The position numbers and the translations under genes are program-made. The notes beneath the pieces are model-generated. The model made no database searches, was not told where the DNA came from, and saw only the letters and a list, made by a program, of their open reading frames with translations. A stretch of DNA of 64,000 nt from Tubiluchus corallicola (Eukaryota > Animalia > Priapulida). The stretch is taken from positions 62,726 to 126,725 of the forward strand of contig JAQGDQ010000618.1 of NCBI GenBank assembly GCA_030141605.1, written 5' to 3'. Position 1 is the stretch's first letter, and each line of letters begins with the position of its first letter. Positions 22,945-34,990 of the stretch are shown piece by piece.

Positions 22945-24968
22945 ATCCTTCCTAGGAAAAGGATGATTGGTTGATGTTTTAGTGGCTTCTCTTTTTTTGC
23001 AGAAAAAATCTCTAATAAATTTGATGTGGGGTTGTTTCAAGCACACTGCCACCAGTCTTAAGAATGCTTATGTTACTACTCTTGTAAGTACGAATTTACT
23101 TTTTCATTAAGCTACGTTAGCACGAGTTTAATCGTCAACGTACATTGCAATTCCCGATAATTCTATCTTTAATTGCTTTCTGAAAATCTCGAGTATGTAT
23201 AATTGCCATTTAATTTTTGTATATCTTAAAGAGAAAAAGATACTGTAAACCTTGTACTAAATATTTTTGATTTTTTCCATGAGTTCAACTCTGTTGTGGC
23301 TTTACTGTTGTATATAAATGTATGAAGTGCAATGCATAACTACTTGTGGTGTGTTAGTAGGTAGCACTATTACCTACATGATTATTGTTAATTACATACG
23401 TTTACATAGCACTTACATCTAAATAAGCTGCACAACTGCTATACTGTAGTAGTCTCTTACGCATTAGTTGTGCATTTATATAAAAGCGGGCTGAGTAACT
23501 GCTTGTGGTGTGTTAAACAATACATGCTTTATATAAATATGAAAGAACGTGTGTTTTCTGTGGAATTTTTAACACTGAGCTGCTAAAATCTTGCACCCCT
23601 CTAGACTTGGCATACTTGACAGCAGCCGTAAGTCCTTGTTTAACGATGCTAATGTGTTCAACCAAAATGCGACAAAACTTCCATAGAAAATAATGTAAAA
23701 GAATTGAGACATGTTCCAGAGGCAAAAATTAATGCTGCTTAAAACACATATAAATTAAACCTTTTTATGAGTCTCATATTTCTAGTGATTAATTGTTTCC
23801 TGTTTGCTTGAAGCTACATAACTTTCTTACCAATAGCTAGCAGACTTGCTGGCAGTTTTTCTTTCATTAACCTTGCAGCCCTACATATAGGCAGTTAGCA
23901 ATTAAACACTGCATAATTAAAACATCAAAGCGTCTTTGAGAAAGTTTCACTAGTACTATAATCTGGTTACCATAGCAGCAGGTTGCAGAAAGAATTCCTC
24001 GGCAGCATATAAACTGCAAACTGATCTCACGTGATACCAATGGCTAGCATTTAGTAGTACATATTGAGTCGTTAAGCAAAAAACGTAGAATGATTGTACT
24101 GTTTTACATTAGTGGTACATCATTAAAACAAAATAATACAATATGTACTGTATTAATGCTTCAAAATTAGGTAAAATAGTTGTAAATCAAAATAAAAATA
24201 GCTTTCAGCAAAGTAAAAAAAAATCATCTTTAAAACGAAACGTCGCCAAACTGGGAGTCGTTAAGTAAACACTTGGTTGGCATCCTTCTGTCTCGGATGA
24301 CAATGGAGTGTGCGCTAAGAGAGTCTGATCCTTGAACGTCTCCAGGGCGCACGCCTGGGCAAGGTATATGGAGATCCTGAGTTGCCCAGACAACAGGAAC
24401 CCCCTGTCTTCCTCCCTGGTGTAGTCCAAAGGAAAGCGGAGCGATACGTTTGGCACCAGGTTGGTTGCAGGAGCTGCCGGAGTCAATGAGCATGCTGGAC
24501 TGGTCCGCCTTTGGGGCTCCGCTATTGATTTGGAAGGTTTACTCCTCTACACATAGCCGTTGGGTCACTTGACCTCCTCCGTCCTCTAGCCGTTGGCTGC
24601 TTGTGCAGCTCCTCCGCCTAGTGTTGAGATACAGTGTTGGCATCCCGCAAACCTACAGCACCAAGTATTCCTAGGCGGTCACCCATCCAAGTACTCTGCT
24701 TAACTTCGGTGATCAGACGAGAACCGGTGTTTTCAACGTGAACACTTACTGTATGTGTAAACCAGAAACAATCAACAGAAATTGTCAGTTTTTACTATTG
24801 ATTTCTGACTTATTATTTTTGCAGGGCACTGACCCAGACATGAAGGACTACATCTGGGTGACCAGTAGCGGATTAAATATTCACGGTGTTCTGAACTTGC
24901 CGCCTGTCCCGCAACAGTCTGCCCAACATGACCACTGGTCACTCAAGGCAGATCTTAGTTTCGTGTAA
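10577..24968 (+). CDS. ~923-aa protein: long disordered N-terminus + CCR4/nocturnin/angel-like EEP domain with degenerate active site; join(10577-10680,12066-12174,13493-15338,16250-16365,18353-18538,22251-22436,23003-23083,24825-24968)
   Basis: Eight GT-AG exons give a 2772-nt open frame. EEP motifs in order: LSFDV, DIICLQEL, GLAVFFK, VANVH, ILCGNFA, LKNAY, DYIW, HDHWSLKADL. Confidence 0.88.
11399..11813 (+). mobile_element. MITE with 6-bp TSD
   Basis: CAGGG...CCCTG ends, internal AAAGTCAGGGAA repeats, TAATAA on both flanks; inverted relative at 47951-48405. Confidence 0.8.
12066..12174 (+). CDS. EEP gene exon 2
   Basis: tttttcag acceptor, GQTKASPSKSTESSPSPSLRSRRG..., AAG|GTTAAT donor; phases fit. 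Confidence 0.8.
13493..15338 (+). CDS. EEP gene exon 3 (1846 nt; basic/acidic disordered region + start of EEP domain)
   Basis: Lies in 625-aa ORF 13469-15346; acag acceptor, G|GTAAGT donor; ends DIICLQEL...MHYT. Confidence 0.95.
15653..16112. repeat. 154-bp tandem repeat, 3 copies
   Basis: TTTTCAGGCTGTAATTT at 15653, 15807, 15961. Confidence 0.95.
16250..16365 (+). CDS. EEP gene exon 4
   Basis: GSYYMDSQFKDGGLAVFFKTSELEQV...ILQE. Confidence 0.88.
16864..18228 (+). mobile_element. MITE whose right terminus is tandemly amplified
   Basis: Left end CTGTGGCGTAGCCA; body 16990-17170 shared with 9950-10130; right-end motif TGGCTACGCCCCTG is repeated in the array. Confidence 0.7.
17293..18228. repeat. 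minisatellite: 13 x 57 bp then 4 x 49 bp
   Basis: TGTCACAG periodicity 57 (17293-18034) then 49. Confidence 0.95.
18353..18538 (+). CDS. EEP gene exon 5
   Basis: GLNSSGLEGETWQAVQKFL...VTVANVHM...LQTLQ; CAG|GTATGA donor. Confidence 0.88.
18565..18740. repeat. short degenerate tandem repeat (GGCATGATAAGTGATGATACTAC-type)
   Basis: Direct inspection. Confidence 0.8.
19085..20068. repeat. 82-bp minisatellite, 12 copies
   Basis: CTGGAGCTGTGAGCGC from 19113 every 82 bp to ~20015. Confidence 0.97.
20765..21105. repeat. degenerate ~57-bp tandem repeat
   Basis: AAGCAATCTTATGATAC...GGTGAAGTGTCATAC recurs ~6 times. Confidence 0.8.
22251..22436 (+). CDS. EEP gene exon 6
   Basis: IACTVNSLVRFAGSNSAPMILCGNFAVKSDSPGYQLLRDGYL... 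Confidence 0.9.
22661..22942 (+). mobile_element. tRNA-derived SINE, Meta-domain-like core, (ATT)n tail
   Basis: A box TAGTCTAGTGG, B box GAGTTCGAACC, then CATACCAAAGACTTTAAAAATGGTACC (recalled Meta-SINE core), AATAAA and simple-repeat tail. Confidence 0.8.
23003..23083 (+). CDS. EEP gene exon 7
   Basis: KKSLINLMWGCFKHTATSLKNAYVTTL; tttgcag acceptor, GTAAGT donor. Confidence 0.88.
24275..24740 (-). mobile_element. 5S rRNA-headed SINE (SINE3-like) with probable RTE-derived body
   Basis: Minus strand begins CACGTTGAAAACACCGGTTCTCGTCTGATCACCGAAGTTAAGC...AGTACTTGGATGGGTGACCGCCTAGGAATAC...GCTGTAGG, then ~370 nt GC-rich body; AACACTT duplication at 24268-24274 and 24741-24747. Confidence 0.8.
24650..24740 (-). 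pseudogene. 5S rRNA-derived segment (5'-truncated, internal deletion)
   Basis: Clear 5S similarity but lacks the first ~14 nt and ~15 nt between the A box and C box. Confidence 0.85.
24825..24968 (+). CDS. EEP gene last coding exon
   Basis: GTDPDMKDYIWVTSSGL...HDHWSLKADLSFV*. Confidence 0.9.
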   Translation, partial: GTDPDMKDYIWVTSSGLNIHGVLNLPPVPQQSAQHDHWSLKADLSFV

Positions 24969-25605
24969 GCCGGCGGCCATCTGTGGGTTGACCGTTGACC
25001 CGTCTGTACAGCCTTTGGTTTGTTGAGTTTACAACATTTGCGTCGTTCGTATCTTGTTAGATGACTTGACACTTTGTGTGTTAACTAGTTTATAGCTTTA
25101 GTGTCAGTGGTGTGTATACTGCAAGTTCCAAGTGAATTTTTATAAACGAGTTAGGACGAAGTAATGTGAAACGTACCATTTATTCAGGCCACATAATTGA
25201 GAGTGGAAGTCCAGAATGCTTGACCGTTCTGCTATGGTTTTCATACCATTCTACTGTCATTTACTTGTAGATATCGTAGTCATTGTTTCCTGCGAGGACA
25301 TTTGTATTTACAATGTCTAATGAAATATGTTCCAGAAAATTCTCCAAATACTTTACATTTGGTCGAAAATTCACCGTTTTTCCAAAAGACTGGTTTTGTA
25401 CAGCACATTTTACAGCATTTTCATTTCAGTATTTTTTATACTATAATAATTTGTCAATGAATTATTTTGTTTCAGTAATTGCACTGAACGTGAATTTATT
25501 AGTATATTTTTTCTTTCACCTAAAGTCTATTTAAGTGCGTTAGTACTTACTGCTTATGTATTATAATTCAGTGGTGTCATCTATGGGTCTTTTCTGTCAG
25601 AAATT

Positions 25606-25611
25606 AATAAA
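25606..25611 (+). terminator. candidate polyadenylation signal of EEP gene
   Basis: AATAAA ~640 nt after the stop, following a U-rich 3'UTR-like tract. Confidence 0.45.
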
Positions 25612-26008
25612 TCAGTAGATTGTTAACAAACTGGTTTCGAAATCTTTCTAATCTTTGGGAAATTTCTAGACTTTGGTTTATGTGACTGGTAAATTTTGAC
25701 GTGACGTCGACACATGAGCAATGAAGTTTGAGATTAGATTGTGCAATCGATTTTAGTAATTTGTCATTTTCATGCCAGACAGCAACACTTTTGAGAATTG
25801 ATAAGCAAAGCGTGTGCCTGAGGGAAGTTTATAGCTTTGGTAAATTACCGTCTCCTTAATCTGATTTTGCCGTCAATTAATGTTTGCATAAATCACCTTT
25901 AGTAATATTTATCTCATCTGTAATTTTTTGTAGAGTTCATTCGTGTTACATGTGTCTTGAAAAGATCAATTTGCTTTTCGCATGTGGCAGGATATCAGCC
26001 AGCATTTA

Positions 26009-26463
26009 CCGTATTTTCCCGTGTATAAGAGACCCTTGTGTATAAGAGACCCCTTCAATTTTTAGGCAAAAATTCTGGAAAAAAGTTTTTTCAGACGGAC
26101 ATTTTTAGAGGGTAGAGTACAACTTTTTTCAACTCAGTGCGGTACTGAAAACAAAATAAAACCAGTTAATGTGTTGTAGAAAAAGAGTACTGGTATATAT
26201 TAAAGTGCGTACCTGCAAACCTGTAACAGGAAAAGAGAAAACGAGGAGATAATGCCTGTGTCACGATGCTTGTATTGCTTACAACCGCTTCATAGTCGAA
26301 CGCGACACGCAAAACAGTTGTAGAGCACTTATTTCTTTAAAATCATTAGTGTCACAATTTATGCATCTTATTGAAAAGACTTACTCCCATGTATAAGAGA
26401 CCCCTGATTTTTAAAGTGAAAATTCTGAGCAAAAAAGGGTCTCTTATACACGGGAAAATACGG
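26009..26463. mobile_element. Tc1/mariner-pogo-like MITE, TA TSD
   Basis: Perfect 29-bp TIR CCGTATTTTCCCGTGTATAAGAGACCCTT flanked by TA; internal GTATAAGAGACCC repeats. Confidence 0.9.
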
Positions 26464-26692
26464 TAAGTAGCTTTTTCTTTTGGGCGTGTATTATTTTAGT
26501 GCATAAAAGATTTTCACCTGCACTTGTACCTTGTACCTTGACACCTACAGTATCTTGTACTTAAATATCCGTCTGTCTCCCTACGGCAAGAGTTAAAGGA
26601 AAAGACACGTCCTCTAGGAGGCTAAGCTTATTTCAACTTTTGCAAAAAATGTTAGACGGATTTAGTAATGAAATGCATTTTATTTTAGTTAA

Positions 26693-27003
26693 ATTAGAAT
26701 AATATAAGCACCTCATGTAATTAGTAAAATCACTTTAAAGTTGTGATCACTTCACACTTGAAATCCACTTAATTTTAATAGATTAAAATAATATAAGCGC
26801 CTCATGTAATTAGTAAAATCACTTTAAAGTTGCGATCACTTCACACTTAAAAAATCAACTTAATTTTAATAGATTAAAATAATATAAGCACCTCATGTAA
26901 TTAGTAAAATCACTTTAAAGTTGTGATCACTTCACACTTGAAATCCACTTAATTTTAATAGATTAAAATAATATAAGCGCCTCGTAAAACTAGTAAAAAC
27001 ACT
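26693..27003. repeat. ~90-bp tandem repeat, ~3.3 copies
   Basis: AATATAAGC at 26701, 26790, 26881, 26970. Confidence 0.9.
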
Positions 27004-27344
27004 CTTTTGCGCTCCCATTTTCAATGCCTGTTATTCTTCCAATGACGTCATTCGTCTTGAAGAGAAGTAGTGCACTAACAATCTTCATCAAAAGTATAAA
27101 AGTTTTTACAAAAAAATAGATAGCTGATTCTGCAATACTGTTGCGTGAACGATAGGTAAACTGCAGAAGTCCGTTTAGCAGTCAGTCAGTTTAGCAGCGT
27201 GCGGTTCAGGAAAGCCACGACGCGCTTACAAGAAATCACCAGGTCTCCCAGTTACGTCATGAGTTTCAACTGAATGGTGGCACACATCAACACCTCAAAA
27301 ATTTCTATTCAGAAGCTGTATGTTTTAAAGTTATGCTTTACAGG

Positions 27345-27771
27345 CAGTTGTTTAAGAGATAGCATTGAAATAAACCCAGCATGCTAAAGGACTTGTCCTT
27401 TTCTTTAACACACCAGAAACAGTTTAAGAGATGACATTGAAATAAACTCAGCATGCTAAATGACTTATCCTTTTCTTTAACACACCACAAACAGTTTAAG
27501 AGATGACATTGAAATAAACTCAGCATGCTAAATGACTTATCCTTTTCTTTAACACACCACAAACAGTTTGAGAGATAACATTGAAATAAACTCAGCATGC
27601 TAAATGGCTTGTCCTTTTCTTTAACACACCACAAACAGTTTAAGAGATAACATTGAAATAAACCCAGCATGCTAAATGACTTGTCCTTTTCTTTAACACA
27701 CTACAAACAGTTTAAGAGATAACATTGAAATAAACCCAGCATGCTAAATGACTTGTCTTTTTCTTTAACAC
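27345..27771. repeat. 72-bp minisatellite, ~6 copies
   Basis: CAGTTTAAGAGAT periodicity 72. Confidence 0.95.
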
Positions 27772-30700
27772 GTCCTTTTTTACACATCCATATCTCTCCT
27801 CCAGAGCAAGAGTTAAGCATCTTCAGCATGTCTCGGTACGGACACTGAACCACTAAGCTCGATCATTTTTAATTAACAAATCTTAAAATTTTATCGCCAA
27901 AATTTTTTCAACTACATCCGTTCCAAGCATTTTTACAAAAATATCAATACTGGTCATTACGTCAAAAATAGAAGTACACAACAAGTGTGTACTCGACTTA
28001 CTTGAATAAAGTTGTTTAGAATCTCTAGTAATATAAACAGTGCTGTTATGAGTATGTTTACAAAAACATAAGTTCCCAACAGATATTTTCCTTGACAGGT
28101 TTAAAATAAGTTTTTGAAATGTTTGCCAGAAACTGAATGATTGTGTAAATACAGTTGCGTGGACTAAACTAACATATGAGTGTTTTTTTACATAAATTAA
28201 CATTTTTATGCTGCATATTGTGCATATTGCTGATTTGTTGTGCATTACAATGGAGCAAATTTGGTGAAATTTGTCAAATTTTGCATTACTGAACTTACCG
28301 TAGTTCACGATTGTCAATTTTGCCTGTTATGACATCAGTAACGTAGACATTGTTCTGAAATTTCGCTTTTTCACTTTTGACATTTTGTTTTCAGCTGTAT
28401 TGTTTTCGCACAATTTTGTTCAACTGTCGTGTTCATCGTCTGATCATTGCCGAGTGTTGAAAACATTTGTGGCGCGTTCAGACGTAGAGACTTCACAACT
28501 TGTTGCGCGTGTGAACGGCTTGGGAAGTTTCTCCGTCTAAGCGTGCCTTTAGAGCAACGTTAATAATTTTATGAATGTTAAGAGTATTTTTTTCTAAATT
28601 CAGTAACTTGCCTTTGTGATTCGTGTTGATTTGCTGTAGTCTCTCGGTTCAATAAACTCGCTGCTGTTGTCAGTATCATTTTGCTGTTGTATTTATGATA
28701 ATTCGTTTTTTTCTCATAAAAATGTCTGTAATTGTAACCAGTTGTATTACTGAGTCAATAAAATTTAACGAAAATAAAATTTGCAATTTTTGTTTGTTGT
28801 GTAATTGTGACGCCATTGCGTAATTGTGTCGTTTCATCCCAAATTAAAAAATTACTTACTAAAAAATAAAAAAACTGCTTTATTAACCGTTAATTCCAAA
28901 AATAAAAAGGATTATAATAAACCTAATTAATAAACCACATTTTACGCCAACTTTTTTTCTGCTAGACTTCAAAATTTTTCTTTCTCTACTTTCCAACACG
29001 CGCACACTACAGCATACTCGCTGTTGTCATAGTAACTGGCGTCTCCTATACAAGCCATCAAAGTAACTGGCGTCTCCTATACAAGCCATCAATTCTGTGA
29101 TTTAGGCATATTAATTGAAGCTGAATTATTCGCTTCTAATGATTACTGAAGATTGATTTAACTGACGTGACAAAAGCTGTATATTTCAACTTGACGGTTT
29201 GCACCCTAACATGTCAGAAACCTTTATAATTATCAGTTAATGTAGACTAGTGACAACACAAAGTGTAGTTTAAAAACTATCGTACATCGTACTGTCACTG
29301 TCATTCAGTCCAGAGGCGTAGCTAAGGGGGGGTGAAAGGGACAATCGTCCCGGGGAGCAAAGGTGAGAGGCTGGAAAATTCTTCTAAAGTTTAATGAATG
29401 TTAATTATTACTGATCCAGCATTAGCAATTAACAAAAGTTTTCAAACTACAACAAAATTGTCAAGTCAAAAGTCATCATAGCTGATATAATTGCTACAAA
29501 CAGTCTAACGAGGAACTACTGGCGCGTGGCTTAGCAAATCGATAATTTTGAGAGAAACATTGACCTTTTTTCTAAATGCCGATTGTTTTACTGTGAAAAC
29601 CTGTACTGTTTTGTACCTTTCATAATTGTTGCACTTGTTTTAATGCTCGATCTAAGTCTTTAAGGGCTGTCGTGTTTTCGAGCAACTTATGCACAGAAAA
29701 GACTTATGCATTATTCTGGTGCAGTAACGTTATTAAAGTGATTCTTAGAAAAAATTCGTTTATCCATATCCCATCATGTCGAAAAAAGAGTCAGGCTCAC
29801 GGTCGGTGGCAAAAACGTGCACAATTTAAAGCTTCAGTGACGAAACAATTGATAAAAACATTAACCTTTTCATACCCGTTGTATCCCTTGGGATACGAGA
29901 ATATTTTCTGCCTTTAAAATTAATAAAATTTTAAAACTGACAGTTATTTGATCTGTTAATGGTTATTTTGATTTAAACCAATAACAATAGACTGAAAATG
30001 GTGATAAAATGGCAAACTAGAAAATCTACATAGCATAATAAACTGCGCAAGGTACAGTACTTTAGAGACGACTTTGTACAGATCAGGATAGCATGCATAC
30101 TAAATGTCTTAAATACTTTAAAAAATTATCAGCAGTTGCAAAATGAAGCACATTTTATGCGGAATTGAATCCCAATGTATCCTGTGGAATACAGGCTATA
30201 TTTAGCACGCGGGCACAGGTAGAAAAAAATAATTATTATGTGTAAACAAGATGGACATACTGAACAAAAGTGCCAAAAGCCAAAAAAATTTTCTTATTAA
30301 AAAAATAATTTGGGACTGAAAGGGTTAACAGGGTAGGACGCAAGAATTTTTTTGCCCCTGGGTGACACAACACTTCCTATGCCACTGATTCAGTCAAGAT
30401 GTTTTATGATGTTAAAACTCCCCAGCTAATAAAATCTGAGATCTGGTTGTTGACGCTTTAACAGAAAATTAGCAGGTTATTTTTTTAATTTCTGCAGTCT
30501 TTCCAAAACTCGGCTTCTGCTAAAGTTAATCTATGTTTTTTTTTATATTGAAACTTATTATGCATTTTGTTAACTATAATATTTACAAGTCTGGATTACC
30601 CTGTTGGCTAGTCTAGGCTGCGGCCTGATGCCCTTCAAGTTTGGGGCGCATACTTTGCATTGCTTACTTTAGAAAACGAAAGTCTGAAAGTCCCATTTTA

Positions 30701-32389
30701 AAGTGGCTCTTCATTTGAGATAAAGGGTCTCTGTTTGAAGCCCTTTGTTTGAGATATTCGAGACGAGTTCGAGCAAATTAAAGAGTGGCTTCGTCTGAAG
30801 GGGCCCCATAATTTCATTATTAGCCTAAGGGCCCCAAAAGGTCACAATCTGGTATTTAGTGTTGTCATTCTTGTGTTTAATGAAGAAGTGTGAATTGTAG
30901 AATTTATCATTCTTCGCTTCACTACTTCCATATATAATCGTAATTGAAGATGATGGGATGGACTTGACAAGTGGAGCAGTAACCCAATTCTTAATCCGGC
31001 CCTCGCCCTTACTGTACATCAAGTTTTCCAGCGATCCTCTTATCTACGGAACTCGCTACCAGGAAATTGCTTCCCTGTGATCTATAACCTCAGCCACATA
31101 AGGGAAAGTGATAACAATGTGCACTTCCTATCGCTAACAAATTACTGATAAAAATTCTATTTTGAACACAGTTGAGAACAACGAATTCTCCAATAAGATT
31201 ACGTTGTGCTTATACAGTTTAGCTCTCTACAAGCTGGGATCCAGCATTTAACTCCTACTAACGTCAAATGATTGTGACAGAACCGAAAGTCTGCTTAGAT
31301 ATCAAGACTGATCAACGATGAATCTGTTGAACACACTTGAATGCTTCGTTCACTTTGTCAGATGCCCGGAAGGGGCGTATCAATACTTTACTGCACCCTA
31401 GGTTAATAGTTCTGTCCCGCCCATCTCGGGAAAATATTATTTATGTAATGAGCACAATAAACAATTACTTGTGGTGTATTAGAAACACTATTACTCTAGT
31501 TTCTACGTGAATATTATTATTAGATTACACGTACTTGCATGGCATTTATATTCAAGGAAGCTACGCAACTGCTTGTTGTGTAATAACTTACACCTGTTCA
31601 TTATGTGGCACTTATATAAAAGCTGCCTCAGTAATTGCCTGTGGTGTGTTATAAAATGCGCCCTTTACATGAGTATGAAAGTATACATATTTTCCAAGTA
31701 GAATTTTTTCTAAATTGTGACACTTCTCGAACTTTGGCGCCCTAGGCTACAGCCTAGTCAAGCTAGTCTATTGGTTAAAACGTCCCTGACTGAGGGGGTA
31801 AGATTCAAACAGATAAAATTGCACAGAAAAACTTTTTCTCGGCATTTACTAACCTTTCCATTTTCTAATCAAACCCGACGCTGCTAAACTTTTGTTAGCC
31901 AATACACACCATCGCTACTAATCAGCTTTATTTATTCATTAAATAAAAAGTAGTACTTCTGCCGGCATGAAAAACATTTTAGTAATTTATTATTATATAC
32001 GCCTACAGTAATACATCTGTATAGCAGTAATAAAACACGAAATAAAACATGGCATACTGAAACAAGGAATTAATCAAATGTAGGTGCATATGGCCTATAT
32101 ATAAAAGCAAACTTTGTATCAAAAGCATTTTATTATATTTGAAATATGTGGGAAATTTCAAGATTACCCACACCTATCTCTGCACCTCTATTTGTCTTTG
32201 GCTAACTCTATTTTTCTCTTTCCCTCTCTCAGTTTCTTCCTGCCTCTCCAGCTGCCCCTTCTATTATTTGTTCTCCTTGCTCTTCCCCTTTACTCTCTCC
32301 CCCTTTCCTGCTACCTTCCCTCCCTATTTATTCTTGTGTTCATTCTTCCATATCTCCCTTCGCCCACCTAAATCTCTCTCCTTACTTTT

Positions 32390-32395
32390 TTCTCT

Positions 32396-32448
<53 letters not shown>

Positions 32449-32477
32449 TCCCCCATCTCTCTCTCTCTTCCCCCTCC

Positions 32478-32510
<33 letters not shown>

Positions 32511-32521
32511 CCCTCTCTCTC

Positions 32522-32556
<35 letters not shown>
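32390..32556. repeat. (CT)n microsatellite
   Basis: Direct inspection. Confidence 0.95.
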
Positions 32557-32557
<1 letters not shown>

Positions 32558-33269
32558 TACCCTCATTCTCCACTCTTCCTCACCACTCTTTTTCTGCTGT
32601 TGCCGCCCCTTTTCCACTCCTTGTCTCCTCCCAATACTTCTTCCTTCCACTTTCGCTCCTCGCTACATAAAGTGGCAGTTTTACAAAATCATCTGCGCTG
32701 TTTTATTCTCCGAGTGCTTCTCACCCTTCAAGAGCACCAATCTATAAACCATTGTCACGTGACCAAAACAGTATTCAGATCAATACATGAATGCCGGGAA
32801 ATTCCTTCCAGGTGCTGCAGCTGGGAATTTACCAACGAGCTTCATCATGCGATTTTGTTAAACCGCTTTATAACGTTCTGATGTATACATGACAAACAAT
32901 GCCCTAGCTGAGAGCACGTGTAATCTTACCCATTAATCTATATGTACTAGCTGTGCTGACACAGCTTACATATCCCATAACTATAGGTTTTATAAGTAGT
33001 ATAAATTCCCCATTTAAAACCTGATTACATAGAGAACAATCACTCCTGTCCAGGGACGGATTTTCCCATAGGCTAGTGCAGGCTGCAGCAATAGGAGTTT
33101 TCACAAACGTTGGGAACCGCAATCATTGCTCACATTTAACAAAAAATGTGTTTTTTATCAAGGCTGTGTTGAAATATCTGCTGATTTAATTTGCAATAAA
33201 TAGTAAAATAGTGGTAATTCTTAAATAATATTTTATTGACAAAACCCGCAAAAGAATTTTGCGCATAAA

Positions 33270-33670
33270 CTCACAACAACCCACACCACACCAACCTACC
33301 ACGTCAATCTCAATACACCACACCACTCACAACACCACATTATCCTCGCCATACCACAACACCACATCACCCTCACCATACCACAACACCACATCACCCT
33401 CACCATAGCACACCACCCACCCACACAACACACCACACCCACCATACCACCCACACCACATCACACCATACCAACACACTGGTCCACTCACAGCACACCA
33501 CCCACACAACACCATACCACAACAAACATCACCCACCACACTACACCAACACCCTACCACCCCACCTGATTGTCCACACAACATCACCCACACTGCACCA
33601 ACTTCACGCACACCTTACCACCCCACCATACCATCCACAGCACACCACCACCACCCACCACATCACACCG
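33270..33670. repeat. CAC/CA-rich low-complexity tract
   Basis: Direct inspection. Confidence 0.9.
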
Positions 33671-34629
33671 TGATCATGATGTTGAAGGATGATGATGATG
33701 ATGATGGCGGCAACAATGACGACACCTACAGCACCAGCACCAGCACCAACAGCACTGCATCACAACAAAACTATTCCAAACATTTTCCACAAAGTCAAAC
33801 TCAAAGACAATGGATGTTCCACACAGCGTGCAGGAGCTGTAGCCTCGTCGGTTATATATATACCAGCAGAATTAATATAATAACTAGCAAAGGCCCCGCA
33901 AAAAATTTTGCGTAAAAATTCACTTATAATCAAAAATACGCGAACATCCTATTAAGTCCTCATTTATAACGCAAAGCCAGTAGCTTTTACTGAATTAAAG
34001 TTATAAGGTTATAAGCAGAGTATAATGGATGACGTCAGAACAATGGCTTCTGACAGTTCAACAGTTTGCCAAGCAAAAATAGAACATCTAATTAACTCGT
34101 CGGCGCTCCTCTTGGTGGATGTGTCCTAAAATATAGCCCACATCATCGTGCAGCCCTGTTCTTGCTCTTTCTAAAGAGCTATATATCTCCTTTCGAGAGT
34201 CTCACCAGGCGCCGCTAGAACGTTTTCTACAGACTGTTTGACCAAAATTTCGAAAAAAATCGGGAGTTGGGTCCGGGAAAACACCCGTTGCGTTGTGCCG
34301 TGACCCTCCTGCGAATTCTAAATATGCCTACTACACCCACCTTTGAACGGACTATCTATCCATTACTGACACTGCCCGGCACGTTCTCGTTCTCTAGAAA
34401 TAAGAGGTATAAGTTTTGCAATTTTTGCAAAAAACGTCGGCCAAAAAAGTGCGTTTTTGGAGGTTTTTCGGCCCCCGTTCCTCCCGGTGGGCCCGATTCG
34501 AATCTTATATACATATCACTAGAACAGCTATCTTTTGTTTGTTTATTAATTTACCTTAATAATAATTAATTATTAGTTTGTGAATGGTATACCAGCGAAA
34601 TTGATAAACAAGGCAAAATCATTCTCTGA

Positions 34630-34990
34630 AGCTTTTCGTGCGTCGAATTGCTAAAGTATTATTTGGTCAATTTTTCTCAAATCATGTTGTGCCGATTTGG
34701 AACTCATTGCCTGCATATGTTGATGGTGCACCCCTCGTAACTGCACAAAATATTAAGTTATTTAAAAGCCGCTTATATAAGATCAACTCGCATAAATTCC
34801 TTGTACACAATAGACACACGTAAGCGGTTAATCTCTTTGTGTTTTTACCACACTCTTGTAAATATTTAATTTATTATTTTTTCAAACTTGTTTTATATAT
34901 ATATATATTAAATATATATTATATTGTTTTTATTGTAGACTTTTTAATTATTTTAATATTGGTGTGAATAAAATAAATAAATAAATGAAT
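34630..34990 (+). mobile_element. CR1/L2-type LINE 3' relic
   Basis: Translation FFSNHVVPIWNSLPAYV...FKSRL is typical of the CR1 ORF2 C-terminus; followed by an AT-rich tail ending (AATA)n. Confidence 0.75.

Noticed and set aside
24650-24740. Functional 5S rRNA gene
   Set aside because: 5'-truncated, internal deletion, no oligo-T terminator, fused to a retroelement-like body
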